From positions 137,392,001 to 137,456,000 of the forward strand of contig OX597817.1 of NCBI GenBank assembly GCA_951406725.2: DNA of 64,000 bases, read 5' to 3'. The translations under genes and the position numbers were made by a program. Shown in pieces: positions 11,761 through 24,033 of the stretch. The stretch is from Octopus vulgaris (taxonomy: Eukaryota). Every line of letters starts with the position of its first letter. Positions within the stretch are counted from its first letter, which is position 1. Under the pieces are notes generated by a model that saw only the letters and a list, made by a program, of their open reading frames with translations, did no database searches and was not told where the DNA came from.

Positions 11761-12148
11761 TGGTTGCGAACTGGCAGAAACGCCGGGCGAAATGCTGAGC
11801 GGTATTTCGTCTGCCGTTACGTTCTGAGTTCAAATTCCGCCGAGGTCGACTTTACCTTTCATCCTTTCGGGGTCGATACATTAAGTACCAGTTATGCACT
11901 GGGGTCGATGTAATCGACTTATTCCGTTTGTCTGTCCTTGTTTGTCCCCTCTGTGTTTAGCCTCTTGTGGGTAGTAAAGAAATAGGTATGTCGTCTGCCG
12001 CTACGTTCTGAGTTCAAATTCCACCGAGGTCGACTTTGCCTTTCATCCTTTCGGGGTCGATAAATTAAGTACCAGTTGCGAACTGGGGTCGATCTAATCG
12101 ACCTCTCTCCAAAAAACTTCGGGCATTGTGCCTAGAGTAGAAAGGAAT
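11761..12148 (+). mobile_element. Composite SINE B (alternative-tail unit joined to a standard unit)
   Basis: Two B cores separated by the tail TTTGTCTGTCCTTGTTTGTCCCCTCTGTGTTTAGCC...GTGGGTAGTAAAGAAATAG. Flanked by a near-perfect 14-bp TSD, ATATAAC/GAACTCTA (11747-11760, 12149-12162). Confidence 0.88.
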
Positions 12149-12159
12149 ATATAAGAACT

Positions 12160-12195
<36 letters not shown>

Positions 12196-12479
12196 AGTAC
12201 TACAAACGTTTCAAAGCAGCGATGTTTTAATGGCATAATGATGATTTTCAGGGTTTACGATATGTCTTACAGATGCAATATTTACTGGATGTGCCAGCCA
12301 AAGTACCCAATTCACCCTCAAATCCCATTGGCAGACACACCAAAAATATCCAATCATTTCTCACAATAAACTGTGTTATTGTGACTTTCACCGTGCATCG
12401 TCCTGGTGTCGAGTTCAATCTCACTGCAAGTGTCTGCTGCGAACCAAGAATGGGACCTTTACGTCATTAATTGATTCAC

Positions 12480-12640
12480 AATAAATAGCAACCACGTATC
12501 CCTCAAATCGATCTTATTGTCTTATAAAGCAGGATCTTACATTGGATAATGTAATTCTTTGACTGAATAGCTTTGATCGTGCGTTTGCCTAATAACGGCG
12601 GACCTAATAGCAATTAAGGCGGAACAATAGCAATAGTTTT
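12480..12640 (-). mobile_element. Old dispersed repeat, family E (unclassified)
   Basis: Motifs AAATAGCARCCA..ATC.CCTCAAATC, ACATTGGATAATGT and ACCTGGGGCTAAACA recur in degenerate form at about 17075-17240, 18105-18280, 46280-46450, 53480-53685, 53725-53870, 55245-55390 and 59810-59920. Confidence 0.55.
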
Positions 12641-13735
12641 CCACCTACATGTCAAAGGATTCTTTGCTCAGCCTGTGGTTAAAGAATCTGCAACAGTTTG
12701 ATCATGTTTGAACCCTCACCGCAGGGTAGTGGAGTGGCGGTGGTGGGCACTCAAATTCTGTGAAAGAATCGATTGAAAATGAGATTTTTTTATCAACTCT
12801 CTCATGTCCCCGAAGACGGAGCTCTTTCACTTCTGTAACACCAGGTTCTTCCGGGAAGTAACAACTGTTTTGATTCTTAAATATTTTTAAAAAATATTTT
12901 CGCAGTAAAAACAAACTTGATTTTTATTGATCGTGTAAAAAGTGGCAGGAGCAGAAGGGTTGTTTAATAAGGGAAATTAATATTCCAAAATATGGATCTT
13001 GATAACGAAACTAATTTTCACTTAAGTGCTAAACCCATTAGAACCACTCCCAGGTACTACGTAATAGACTGCAGCACTACTCGACAGCACTGCGATACTA
13101 TGTAAGACCCCGTCCTATTGTATCATTCCTCTGGACTCTACTTCAAAGCTAGTGTAGAGAGTATGGAGAAGGCTTTCGGACAAAACACTTGACCGCCATT
13201 CTTTGTTACACTTCGCTGCGTCTCACTACATTAAGCATCACCATTGTCTGCACTGGTTAGCTGTTTTAAAATGAAACAAAACAGTACAGCACCACCACTA
13301 CTACCCACCACCGCCAGCAGCACCACCACCACACCCACCGCCACTACAAAATCCACCACCACCACTACTACAAGGGTTGTACTAAATGTGATATTGGGAT
13401 TTATCTGGTGCCTCTTTTGGTAATCGGAGAAATTGAAGAAATTAAGGCCAAACCACAAACATAACAAACGAAGAACGGCAACAACAAGAGGAAGAACATC
13501 GACAATACAAACAACAATAAAAACAACAACAACAACAACAACAATAACAACACCAAGTAGGACAGCAACATTAACTGTTTCAGAAGCATCTTTCACCTTT
13601 CTTCAAAAGGAAGGGGGAAAAATCAATAGTCGGAAGTTCGAATTGGTTTAACAAGAGTTTGATAACATGGGCATGCTAACAACAACACCAACAAGAACAG
13701 CAGCAACGATATAACAATGATTACGATGATGGTTA

Positions 13736-13769
<34 letters not shown>

Positions 13770-13906
13770 GGTGGTGGTGTCGTTTGACGTTGGCGACGTC
13801 ATTGACCCATATTCCTTGCGCATTCCATCCAAACAACGACGTTCCGGCGAATTTTGATTTGTAGAATCGCTGTAGGAACATATCACGTGATCATTCCCTA
13901 TTTCTA

Positions 13907-14359
13907 ATGTGTGTGTGTGTGCGCACGTGTGTGTGCGCACGTGTGTGTGCGCACGTGTGTGTGCGCACGTGTGTGTGCGCACGTGTGTGTGTGTGCGCGC
14001 ACCTGTGTGTGTGTGTGTGTGTGTGCGTGTGAGTGAGATGTATGTGTGCATGTGTGTGTGTGTGTGAGTGAGATGTTTACGAGCATGTGTGTGTTTTGTG
14101 AGTGAGTGAGATGTATGCGTGCGTATATGCGTGCATGTGTGTGTGAGATGTATGCGTGCATGTGTGTGTGTCTGCGCACGTGTGTGTGCGTGTGAATGAG
14201 ATGTATGCATGCATGTGTGTGTGTGTGTGAGTGAGATGTATACGAGCATGTGTGTGTGTGTGTGAGTGAGATGTATGCGTGCATGTGTGTGTGAGATGTA
14301 TGCGTGCATGTGTGTGTGTCAGCGCACGTGTGTGTGCGTGTGAATGAGATGTATGCGTG

Positions 14360-14400
<41 letters not shown>
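13907..14400. repeat. (TG)n-derived minisatellite with 14-bp GCGCACGTGTGTGT units and higher-order GAGATGTATGCGTGCAT blocks
   Basis: Five 14-mers at 13921-13990, then repeated GTGAGATGTAT blocks. Confidence 0.9.
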
Positions 14401-14401
<1 letters not shown>

Positions 14402-14632
14402 AACTGATTGTTGTTGTTGTTGTTGCTGTCATTTCTGTTATTGTAATAAATGTTGTTATTAGTTTTGCCGTAATTTCTCACTGTTTGCCTTGTCCTACTC
14501 AACGTTGCTGTTGCTGTTGTTGTTGTTGCTATTATTGCTTTTGTTGTTGTTGCTAGAACAATACAACAATACAGAAGCAATTGCAAAGTTTGAGAAGACA
14601 CATGTAATGTGATGAAATAAGAGAGAGGAAGA

Positions 14633-14669
<37 letters not shown>

Positions 14670-14695
14670 AGAGAAAGTAATGGGTATTAAAAACT

Positions 14696-14728
14696 GACGG
14701 CGACGACGGGGGTGATGATGATGGTGGC

Positions 14729-14776
<48 letters not shown>

Positions 14777-14945
14777 GGTGGTGGTGGTGATGATGATGAT
14801 GGTGATGATGATGATGATGATGATGGTGGTGATGATGGTGATGACGGTGGTGATGATGATGATGATGATGATGACGATGACGACGACGACGACGATGATG
14901 ATGATGATGACGACGACGACGACGATGATGATGATGACAAGGATG
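14696..14945. repeat. (GAT)/(GGT)/(GAC) trinucleotide tract
   Basis: Directly visible; explains the poly-S/P, poly-H and poly-M ORFs. Confidence 0.93.
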
Positions 14946-15432
14946 ATGTGACTGGGGTCGATACCATCCTAACAACGTTAGTTCGCTTCGCTTTCTTGTT
15001 TATTGAAAAGGAATCCACCCCACCCCCACCCACCCCCATCCCGCCCTGTTTCGATGGTATTCCTGCAACCTGAACCTCATTAAGCCATCAACCAAATCAC
15101 TTTCCTCCTTACCACTAACCCCCACGCAGCCCCCCTCTTCCTCTCATTACCAAACAAAAGAAATACCAAGCATCTGCGATTTATTCTACCAAATAATGAA
15201 ACACAAAATTTTATTCCTTTTTGAATTCTGTTTTGTTTTGTTTTTGTTTTTGTTTTTGTTCATCAACATTTTTCGCTGAAAAATTATTTCATATTATGTC
15301 ATGTAATATAATTTGCTATTAAAACATCCATTATCACACCCTCTCGTCCCTGTTTGTTTCGATTTATCTTATTCTCTCTCTCCCTCTCCTCTGTGTGTGT
15401 GTATATACACACCTCCATCTCATGTACATACA

Positions 15433-15493
<61 letters not shown>

Positions 15494-15494
15494 G

Positions 15495-15574
<80 letters not shown>

Positions 15575-15606
15575 CTGTAAAATAATATGTGAGAATTATT
15601 CGGTAG

Positions 15607-15673
15607 CCAAGATAAAACTCTGAGTTTCGGATGCCGAGGTGGAAAACCACACGACATCTCTTCGGTTATCTGG
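15607..15673 (-). ncRNA. Type I hammerhead ribozyme motif in a Penelope-like end (core CCGAAGA)
   Basis: Minus strand: AGATAA-CCGAAGA-GATGTCG.T.GTGG(TTTT)CCAC.CT.CGGCATC-C-GAAA-CTC(A)GAG-T-T-TTATCT. Stem I has 6 bp, stem II is long and stem III is quasi-palindromic. (TA)n begins about 30 nt downstream. Confidence 0.75.
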
Positions 15674-15731
15674 TCATCTGAAAAATGCTATGAAAGGAGT
15701 GTCTGTATCTATATATATACACGTATATATA

Positions 15732-15801
<70 letters not shown>

Positions 15802-16136
15802 CAAATGCAAGAGGGTCACCTTTATTTTATGAGGACATTTTCTGCATCAAAAAATTTCAGCTTGAGCTTTTTGATAGATCATCGGGGAAGTGTTAAAAGT
15901 AGTCAATATATACTTCCTAGACATATGCAAAAATAATAAACGGGGGTGGGGGGGAGCAAACACCAACCACCTTGACATAAAACTATAAGAGGTTTACAGC
16001 GATGATGGGCAAGATGTCTTTAACAACATTGATGGCTAAAATATGAGTAAATTCGGTAATCTATTAATCAATATATAGAAAAAGAAAGTCATAAACCAAT
16101 TCCTGACGAATCAAAAGATTGTTCATTTCCTAGACG

Positions 16137-16349
16137 TTCTTTTCTATTCTAGGCACAAGGCCTGAAATTTTTTTGGGGGAAGAGGGCTAGTCGATTAGAT
16201 TGACCCCCAGTACGCAACTGGTACTTAATTTATCGATCCTGAAAGGATGAAAGGCAAAGTCGACCTCGGCGGAATTTGAAATCAGAACGTAAAGACAGAC
16301 GAGTGACCGCTAAGCATTTCGCCCAGCGTGCTAACCAGTCTGCCAGCTC
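16137..16349 (-). mobile_element. SINE family B
   Basis: Full reverse-complement match to family B. Confidence 0.9.
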
Positions 16350-16469
16350 ATGTCTTAGATATTACAACCAAACTTGAATTTTTGCAAAGTCCACCGGAAA
16401 CCAAACAAAGAAACAATACAGAGATTTCAACAACTCTCCTACTGTCATCTTTTGTATATATTTAAAAGC

Positions 16470-16785
16470 TTTTTTACTTCTTTCAGTCATTACACAGCGG
16501 CCATGCTAGGGTAGCGCAGACTTCTTTTAAGTCTGGTACTTATTCTATCAGTTGCTGAACCGCTAAGTTACGGAGACATAAACACACCAACGCCGGTTTT
16601 CAAGCGGTGGTGAGGAGCAAACGTAGATACAAAGACACACATATATACGACAGGCTTCTTTCAGTTTCCGTCTACCAAATCCACTCACAAGCTTTTGGTT
16701 GGCCCGGGGCCATATCAAAAGACACGAAGTGCGACTGAACCAGGAACTATGTTGTTGGGAAGCAAACATCTTACCAAACAGCCAC
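16470..16785 (-). mobile_element. SINE family A (internally deleted)
   Basis: Reverse-complement match with deletions. Confidence 0.87.
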
Positions 16786-18754
16786 AAAAATTAGTAGACA
16801 ATATAAGCAAGAGAATGTCAAGCCAATTATACGATAAATATATATAGAACAGATAAGGCGAAAATTTGAAGTTTGTAGAGTATGAAACATAAAAATCAAC
16901 AAAGAGGAGCAAAAGCATCTGGTATAATCCTCTCCTTAGTACGAATGGGACTTCATATGTAGTCGGGAACTCAATATTCCTGACATAAATTACTCATAAC
17001 AGAAAAATCAACAAAATTACGTGAAAGTTGTTCCATTATCAAATATCAATTAAGATAATGAAAGACCTAAGACGGTAACCCCCACGTGATCTAATCACAT
17101 CTAGAAGCAGAAACCATGTACTCCCTAAAATCAAACCCTCGAGTTTAATAAACGAAGGTTACATTGGACAACGACATATCACAATGAAAATTAAAACACG
17201 CGATGGTCACGGTAGGGACGCCAGGCTAAGCAATAACAATAATTAGCTTTTCAGATGATAGCTCTTAAACACATGTATATATGTGTAAATATACATATGT
17301 GTTTATTTAAGTATGTATATATACATGTGTCTATATACGTATGGCTGTATCCACACATGTATGTTTGAAAGTGTATGTGTACGCATGTATGTATGCATCT
17401 ATGATGCATATACGTATGTCTGTATGTATGCATTATGGATATATATTCGAATGTATATATGTATGCATATATATACGTCAGTATGCACGTGTGTATGTGT
17501 GTATATGTAGCAAAGAGTGTGAAAATATAGTTCTGTGCAAATTTATTATTTGAGCTGAAAATGAAGAATGCATGAAAATAATGTCGAAAACACCCGGAAT
17601 ATAGGCGTCTGTTTAATGCATACACACGTGTGTATGTTTGTGTTTGCTTGATTGCATTTGGTATGCGTGTATACAAGTATGCTCGTGCTGTGTGAGTATA
17701 TATGTGTGCTGGTGTGTGTTGATGTGGTAAGATTTATGTTCAAACACGTCGGCACATAGTTAAATCCTACACGGTTCGTTGTCCAAAATGTCTTCCCCCC
17801 ACTCGAATTCATTTAACGCTGCATAATAACATAATTCGATTTTGAATTCAAATTTATGCAATGTAACCGTGAAAAAAATATTACTATCGGTCATTAGAGT
17901 GTATTATTTAAGAGAATATCACTAATTCTGACCATGTGGTCATGAGATAAAGTGAAATAAAGAGAGCAGGCCTTAATGAATGTCAGCTTCACGGTACGAG
18001 GGGCTGTGAACATTTTCTCAGTGTTTTAGCTTTCAAGAAATAATTATTAAGCGTTTTTATGGGTGCCATTCCTCGGCAAATAAAAGAGCTTTTATGAGAT
18101 CATTCGTCTTGTTAAACATAGCCAAACATAGCCTAAACGACACCCTTATTAGAAAAGAAAGGACACATTAAGTAATGTGGTTATAGATATATTATTACTG
18201 ACGATTAAGATAGGAGAGTCATGGATGGAAAGCCGCCGCTTAAAGATTATGACTGATATGAATCTAAACAACAACAGCATCAGACATACATGACATACGT
18301 AGAGGACATTATTGTAGCTTATAAACTACAGCATTCCGGGAGGGGCAGCTTTGGTGTCTGAGATAAAACTACGTCGAATAAGAAGGGATGTTCTCGGTTA
18401 GAACATCTATAGCCATTGATTTACTTGATCAGGATTGACCATTGGCTACGCAACTTCAGCAAATTATATATTTGTGGTGCATTTGTGTGTAGGAGAGAAC
18501 TGAGAGAGAAACAGAGAGAGAAAGAGAGAGAGAGAGGGGGTTGAGAAAGAGAGAGAGAGTTAGTAATCTAGTGTATGTATGTATATGTATGTATGTATGT
18601 GTATGTATGTATGTATGTATGTGTGTGTGTATGTATGTATGTATGTATGTATGTATGTATGTATGTATGTATGTATGTACGTACGTACGTACGTATGTAT
18701 GTACGTACGTACGTACGTACGTATGTATGTATGTATGTATGCGTGCTTTACGTT

Positions 18755-18780
18755 AGTTCTTAAGAGAACTGAAACCGGTC
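18755..18780 (+). ncRNA. 3' half of a minimal hammerhead (5' core missing)
   Basis: AGTTCT(TAAG)AGAACT-GAAA-CCGG-TC: perfect stem II, GAAA, palindromic CCGG and a GTC triplet, but no CTGANGA upstream. Confidence 0.45.
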
Positions 18781-19206
18781 ACCCTCGATACAGCAACAAG
18801 ACTCTTTAAGAGAGTTCCCGGTGTTTGTAAACAAGTGTTTGATTCGGCTGTGTTGACTGAGCTGTCGATGCATCATCCATCCAAGTGTGTGCATCTGTTC
18901 CTCTAAAGAATCTCAGGTAGAGAATCTTTGGAATGTCTTACAAATCTGCACTGTGCCACTGATTGATTCGATTTGGAGAGTCCGCGTCCGTTTCTTTTGC
19001 TCTTTCTTCGTGAAACCGAGTCTTTCTAGGTGTGGGGTGGGGGTGACGAGAGAGGGTGAGCGATAAAGTGACAGAGTAAGTTTTGAGATGCGAGTGTCCG
19101 TGTAGATGAAAATTGATTAATTAGGAGATAAAATGAGTCTCTTTCTTTTTAAAGTCATTCCTTCTCCATTCCCCTCCTCCCTTTTCTCTCCTTCCACCTT
19201 CCTCTC

Positions 19207-19260
<54 letters not shown>

Positions 19261-19395
19261 GCTATTTCTGCCACTGTTTATCGAATCAACATTCTTCTTT
19301 GCACAGATTGCTGATTATCAGTCAGTGTCACTTATTCACATATGTATGTATGTATGTAAACACACGCACACACACACGCACACACACACACACAC

Positions 19396-19441
<46 letters not shown>

Positions 19442-19609
19442 TGTGAATCTGTGTATTTATTTGCAGATGATTATAATTACATACATGGTGAGAGAGGGAG
19501 GAATTACCTGGAGACACCGGAAACAGGAAGAATAAAAGCAAACTTACTGGCTTTTCATTTAAAGCAACCGAAGAAAAAAAAACTAAAAAGAAATACATAC
19601 ACACCAGAA

Positions 19610-19940
19610 AACAATATATATATACGTATACACCTATATATATACACACCTACATATGTATGTATATATATATATATATTATATACATATTTATTTATAT
19701 ATATGCACATATATATGTATGTATACATATATATATATATATATTATATATATATATTTATTTATATATATACATATATATACACCAATAAATGTATGTA
19801 TATATATATTATATATATATTTATTTATATATATACATATATATCTGTATGTGTATATATATATATGTATACATTTATTTATATATATATACATATATAT
19901 GTACATACATATATGTACGTATATATATATATATATGTAC

Positions 19941-19990
<50 letters not shown>

Positions 19991-20215
19991 GTATATATAT
20001 ATGTATGTATATATATTTGTATGTATATGTATATATATATGTATGTATATATATTTGTATGTATATATACATATATATAAGTGTATATACATATATATAT
20101 ATATGTATATATAAGTGTATATGTATATGTATATATGTGTATGTTTATATATATGTGTGTATATATATGTATATATTTATATATATTTAAATATATATAT
20201 ATATATATATATATA
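19610..20215. repeat. Long degenerate (TA)n tract
   Basis: Directly visible. Confidence 0.96.
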
Positions 20216-21388
20216 TACTCATTTTGCCCCACTGCTTGGAATTTTATTTTAATTCTCTCGCAGGAAGGCCTATGGATTAGTGTTCTGTTATGCCTTCGAA
20301 ACATGCCTGACACCTCTAGCGACAGCTGATGACGGGGGTTTTGTCCTTGTGTAGCTCGTCCTGTATTTGTTTTTCGTTTTCTTGTTTTTCGTTTTCCGTT
20401 TTCTTGTTTTTTGTTTTTTGGCTTTTTCCGTTTCTACGTCTTATTGTGATGTCCTGTACTCCCGTATAATTATTTATATATGCATGTATATATACATGTA
20501 GATGTAGGTACGTACATATATGTTTGTATGTATGCATATATTTTTATTTATCTCCTTATTGTCTGACAGCGCCCCGCATCAGGTTCGTTCCGATTCGTCG
20601 TTTCGATCCACTTCTTGGTTCCCTTTTTTTATATTTATATTATTATATTGAAGATGCGGTACTCTCTCCCTTTGCTTTAACCTCTTCAATCTTTCTCCCT
20701 CCCACTCCTCCTCTCTCTTCGCCGCGTGTCTCCCTCCTCCTTCCCTCTTCCTTGCCTATAAAACAAAATTCCTTTACACGTGGTTCCCACTATTGAAAAG
20801 ACTGCCTCCACGCGCTGCTACTACACTTTCGTCCATGCCAGCAAAAGGCTTCTTCGTTCGTCCCCTTGTGTGGTTGATTTCCTGTATAGTATTCTTGTTA
20901 TTTTCTCGTTTTGTAACTAATTGTACTTTTTGTACATGTATTTTTATTTTTGCAGTTTTATCGTTTGTCTATGCCAGAAAAAAGGCTTTTTCGTTCGTCC
21001 TCTTGTGTTTGTTTTTGTACATGTATTTTAATTTTGCAGTCTTATTGTTACGTCTTGTTTGTGTTCGTACTCATTTTGCCCCGTTGCTTGGAATTTTATT
21101 TTAATTCTCTCGCAGGAAGGCCTATTGGATTAGTGTTCTGTTATGCCTTCGAAACATGCCTGACTCCTCTAGCGACAGCTGATGACGGGGGTTTTGTCCT
21201 TGTGTAGCTCGTCCTGTATTTGTTTTTCGTTTTCTTGTTTTTCGTTTTCCGTTTTCTTGTTTTTTGTTTTTTGGCTTTTTCCGTTTCTACGTCTTATTGT
21301 GATGTCCTGTACTCCCGTATAATTATTTATATATGCATGTATATATACATGTAGATGTAGGTACGTACATATATGTTTGTATGTATGC

Positions 21389-21404
<16 letters not shown>
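20216..21404 (+). mobile_element. Non-autonomous Penelope-like partial-tandem element with direct repeats of about 336 bp
   Basis: 20216-20551 is almost identical to 21068-21404 (offset 852-853; the ORFs 20316..20537 and 21169..21390 are identical). No TG..CA ends or TSD seen; (TA)n on both sides; each repeat carries CGAAACATG and CTGATGA. Confidence 0.75.
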
Positions 21405-21432
<28 letters not shown>

Positions 21433-21613
21433 TAATTTCAAGAAGAAGAAAGTAAGGAGGTGAATATAAGTGAAATGAGAGAAGGATAGTGACGGACAGA
21501 GAGAGACGAAGATGAAGGCTGGAGTTAAGAAGACATTACTCTAGGGAAATGTTAAAAGTATGTTGATCTTGCCAGTCACATACAACCTGAGCTGACTGAC
21601 CATGGTCACTCAC

Positions 21614-21626
21614 ATAGATTCCAAAC
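21614..21626 (-). other. Candidate 13-nt micro-exon of an unidentified host transcript
   Basis: Minus strand: TCTAAC branch site (21671-21666), a long polypyrimidine tract, TCTGCAG|GTTTGGAATCTAT|GTGAGT. Confidence 0.5.
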
Positions 21627-21936
21627 CTGCAGACCACAAAAAGAAAAAGAAAAAAAGGGGAACGTGTTAGACAAAAAGACAAAGGAGGCCGAGCAATGAT
21701 AGTTGCGATTCGATGACGTGTCATGGCATGGTAGTGATGATAGTTCGAGTATAAAAGACGGTCGGATCATCAAGAAACCCATCCAAGCGACCTCAGATAC
21801 GACCACTGAGCTGAATAAAAAAAAAGGGAATTCTTTATGAATTCTTGAAACTGAATCATGTTCTTAGTGTCTCCCAAACTCGTGCGAGTGTGTGTGTATG
21901 TATGTGTGTGTTTGTGTGTGTATGTATGTGTGTGTT

Positions 21937-21969
<33 letters not shown>

Positions 21970-22302
21970 GTGTATTTGTGTGCGTGTGCGTGTGTGTGCT
22001 TGCACGTGCGTGTGCTTGCACGTGTGTGTATGTCTCTGTGTGTGCGCGTGTGTATATGTGTTTGTACGTGTGCGTGCGTGTATGTGTTTGTATGTGTGTG
22101 TGTGTATATGTGCGTGTGTGTGTTTTATTCCTTTTCACTAAGTTTTGCTTGAATAAGCTTCAAGGTCAAACTTCTTCCAGTCAAATCGAATTACGTAATA
22201 AATTTCAGTCTGCTTTTAAGCCTCAAGTATTTTTGCATTAGAAAACATTGTATCTTTAGTTTAAGAAATTCTTTAAATTAAGGACCCATAATTAACACAC
22301 CT

Positions 22303-22465
22303 ATGCACAGGAGTGGCTGTGTGGTAAGTAGCTTGCTAACCAACCACATGGTTCCGGGTTCAGTCCCACTGCTTGGCATCTTGGGCAAGTGTCTTCTACT
22401 ATAGCCCCGGGCCGACCAATGCCTTGTGAGTGGATTTGGTAGACGGAAACTGAAAGAAGCCTGTC

Positions 22466-22513
<48 letters not shown>

Positions 22514-22740
22514 ATGTGTTTGTGTGTCTGTGATTGTCCCCCTAGCATTGCTTGACAACCGATGCTGGTGTGTTTACGTCCCCGTCACTTAGCGGTTCGG
22601 CAAAAGAGACCGATAGAATAAGTACTGGGCTTACAAAGAATAAGTCCCAGGGTCGATTTGCTCGACTAAAAGGCGGTGCTCCAGCATGGCAGCAGTCAAA
22701 TGACTGAAACAAGTAAAAGAGTAAAAGAGAGAGTAAAGAG
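22303..22740 (+). mobile_element. SINE family A, full length
   Basis: GGAGTGGCTGTGTGGTAAG A-box, GGGTTCAGTCCC B-box, CTTGGGCAAGTGTCTT (CORE-like), internal (TA)n(TG)n, 3' body and (GTAAAAGA)n tail. Confidence 0.93.
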
Positions 22741-23388
22741 TATGCACATACATTCACACACACACATACACACAAATACATGTATACACAAATGTAATAT
22801 TTGAAGGGGGGAAATTCATTCAAACCAGTGAGACACTGCGTTTTTAGTAAATGCAACAGCAACATCTGTTGTGCAGCAAAACTATCCAGCTCCGCATAGT
22901 TGGGTCCGATTTTCAAACAACAACTGAAGACTAATTATAATTGGAAATAACGACCAACGCTTTTCTACTTTTTAATTCCTGAGTCGAAATGTTGTCTAAA
23001 TGTTTCCTGTTTCGAATATGTTACTGATCACGTGACATGATATATCCTGATGTTCTTCATTTGGAAGTTAAGTTTCCTTTCTAGTTTTTGCTTTTCTTCG
23101 AAATAATCAACGTCTTTTGGTTCCAAACTGCTAAGAAAATTCATTCGTGATTCTCGAATCTAATCTTAGGCGAAAAGAAAACCTTTGAAATTGACCTCAG
23201 TACGTGAATGGTATTTTATTCTTGTTGCCCCCAGTACTAACACGTTATTTTATCTAACCAACTCTGGAAGGTTGAAAAGCAATTGTTCTCGACGGGATAC
23301 GAATTCAGACGGTAAAGGGCCGAACTAAATACCAAACCAGCCTCTTAAACATTCTAAAATTTGTTGTGTGTTGATTGCTGCATGTTGA

Positions 23389-23525
23389 GGACCGATAGAA
23401 TAAGCACTAGGCTCACAAAGAATAAGTCCTGGGGTCGATTTGCTCGACTAAAGGCAGTGCTCCAGCATGGCCACAATCAAATGACTGAAACAAGTAAAAG
23501 AGTAAAAGAGTAAAGAGTAAAGAGT
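23389..23525 (+). mobile_element. SINE family A, 5'-truncated
   Basis: 3' body and GTAAAAGA tail only. Confidence 0.88.
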
Positions 23526-23946
23526 ACTCATTCGAGGACGAGGTTTCAATCATTTTTTTAATAGCAAACCCTATATGTTTAGACAACACATTGGATTTCA
23601 ATACGTTCCTTCATACAGACAGGCAAACAGACAGACGGACATAAAGATAACACAGACAAGCTGGTGCATGAACGAACATGCATATAAACAGTGAAATGTG
23701 ATGAGATAGAGATGGAAGCATATTTACATAGAAGAATGATTAGAAATGGGGTGGGGTGGGGTGGAGGACATAAAAAGATAGAGATAAAGAGAGAGGGAGA
23801 GATAACTGACGGAGGGATCCAGAAAAATATGATCTGACAGGGACAAACACAAATAAACGGTCTCTTCACACACTCATGTACACACATGCCCACACGTGCG
23901 GGCCTCCAGTCAAAAAATATAGACAAGTAGACAGACAGAAAGACAT

Positions 23947-24033
23947 GGATGGATGGATGGATGGATGGATGGATGGATGGATGGATGGATGGATGGATGG
24001 ATGGATGGATGGATGGATGGATGGATGGATGGA
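23947..24033. repeat. (GGAT)n microsatellite
   Basis: Directly visible. Confidence 0.97.

Noticed and set aside
20216-21404. LTR retrotransposon or TRIM
   Set aside because: No TG..CA termini, PBS, PPT or TSD seen; the TA-embedded partial tandem fits a Penelope-like element better.
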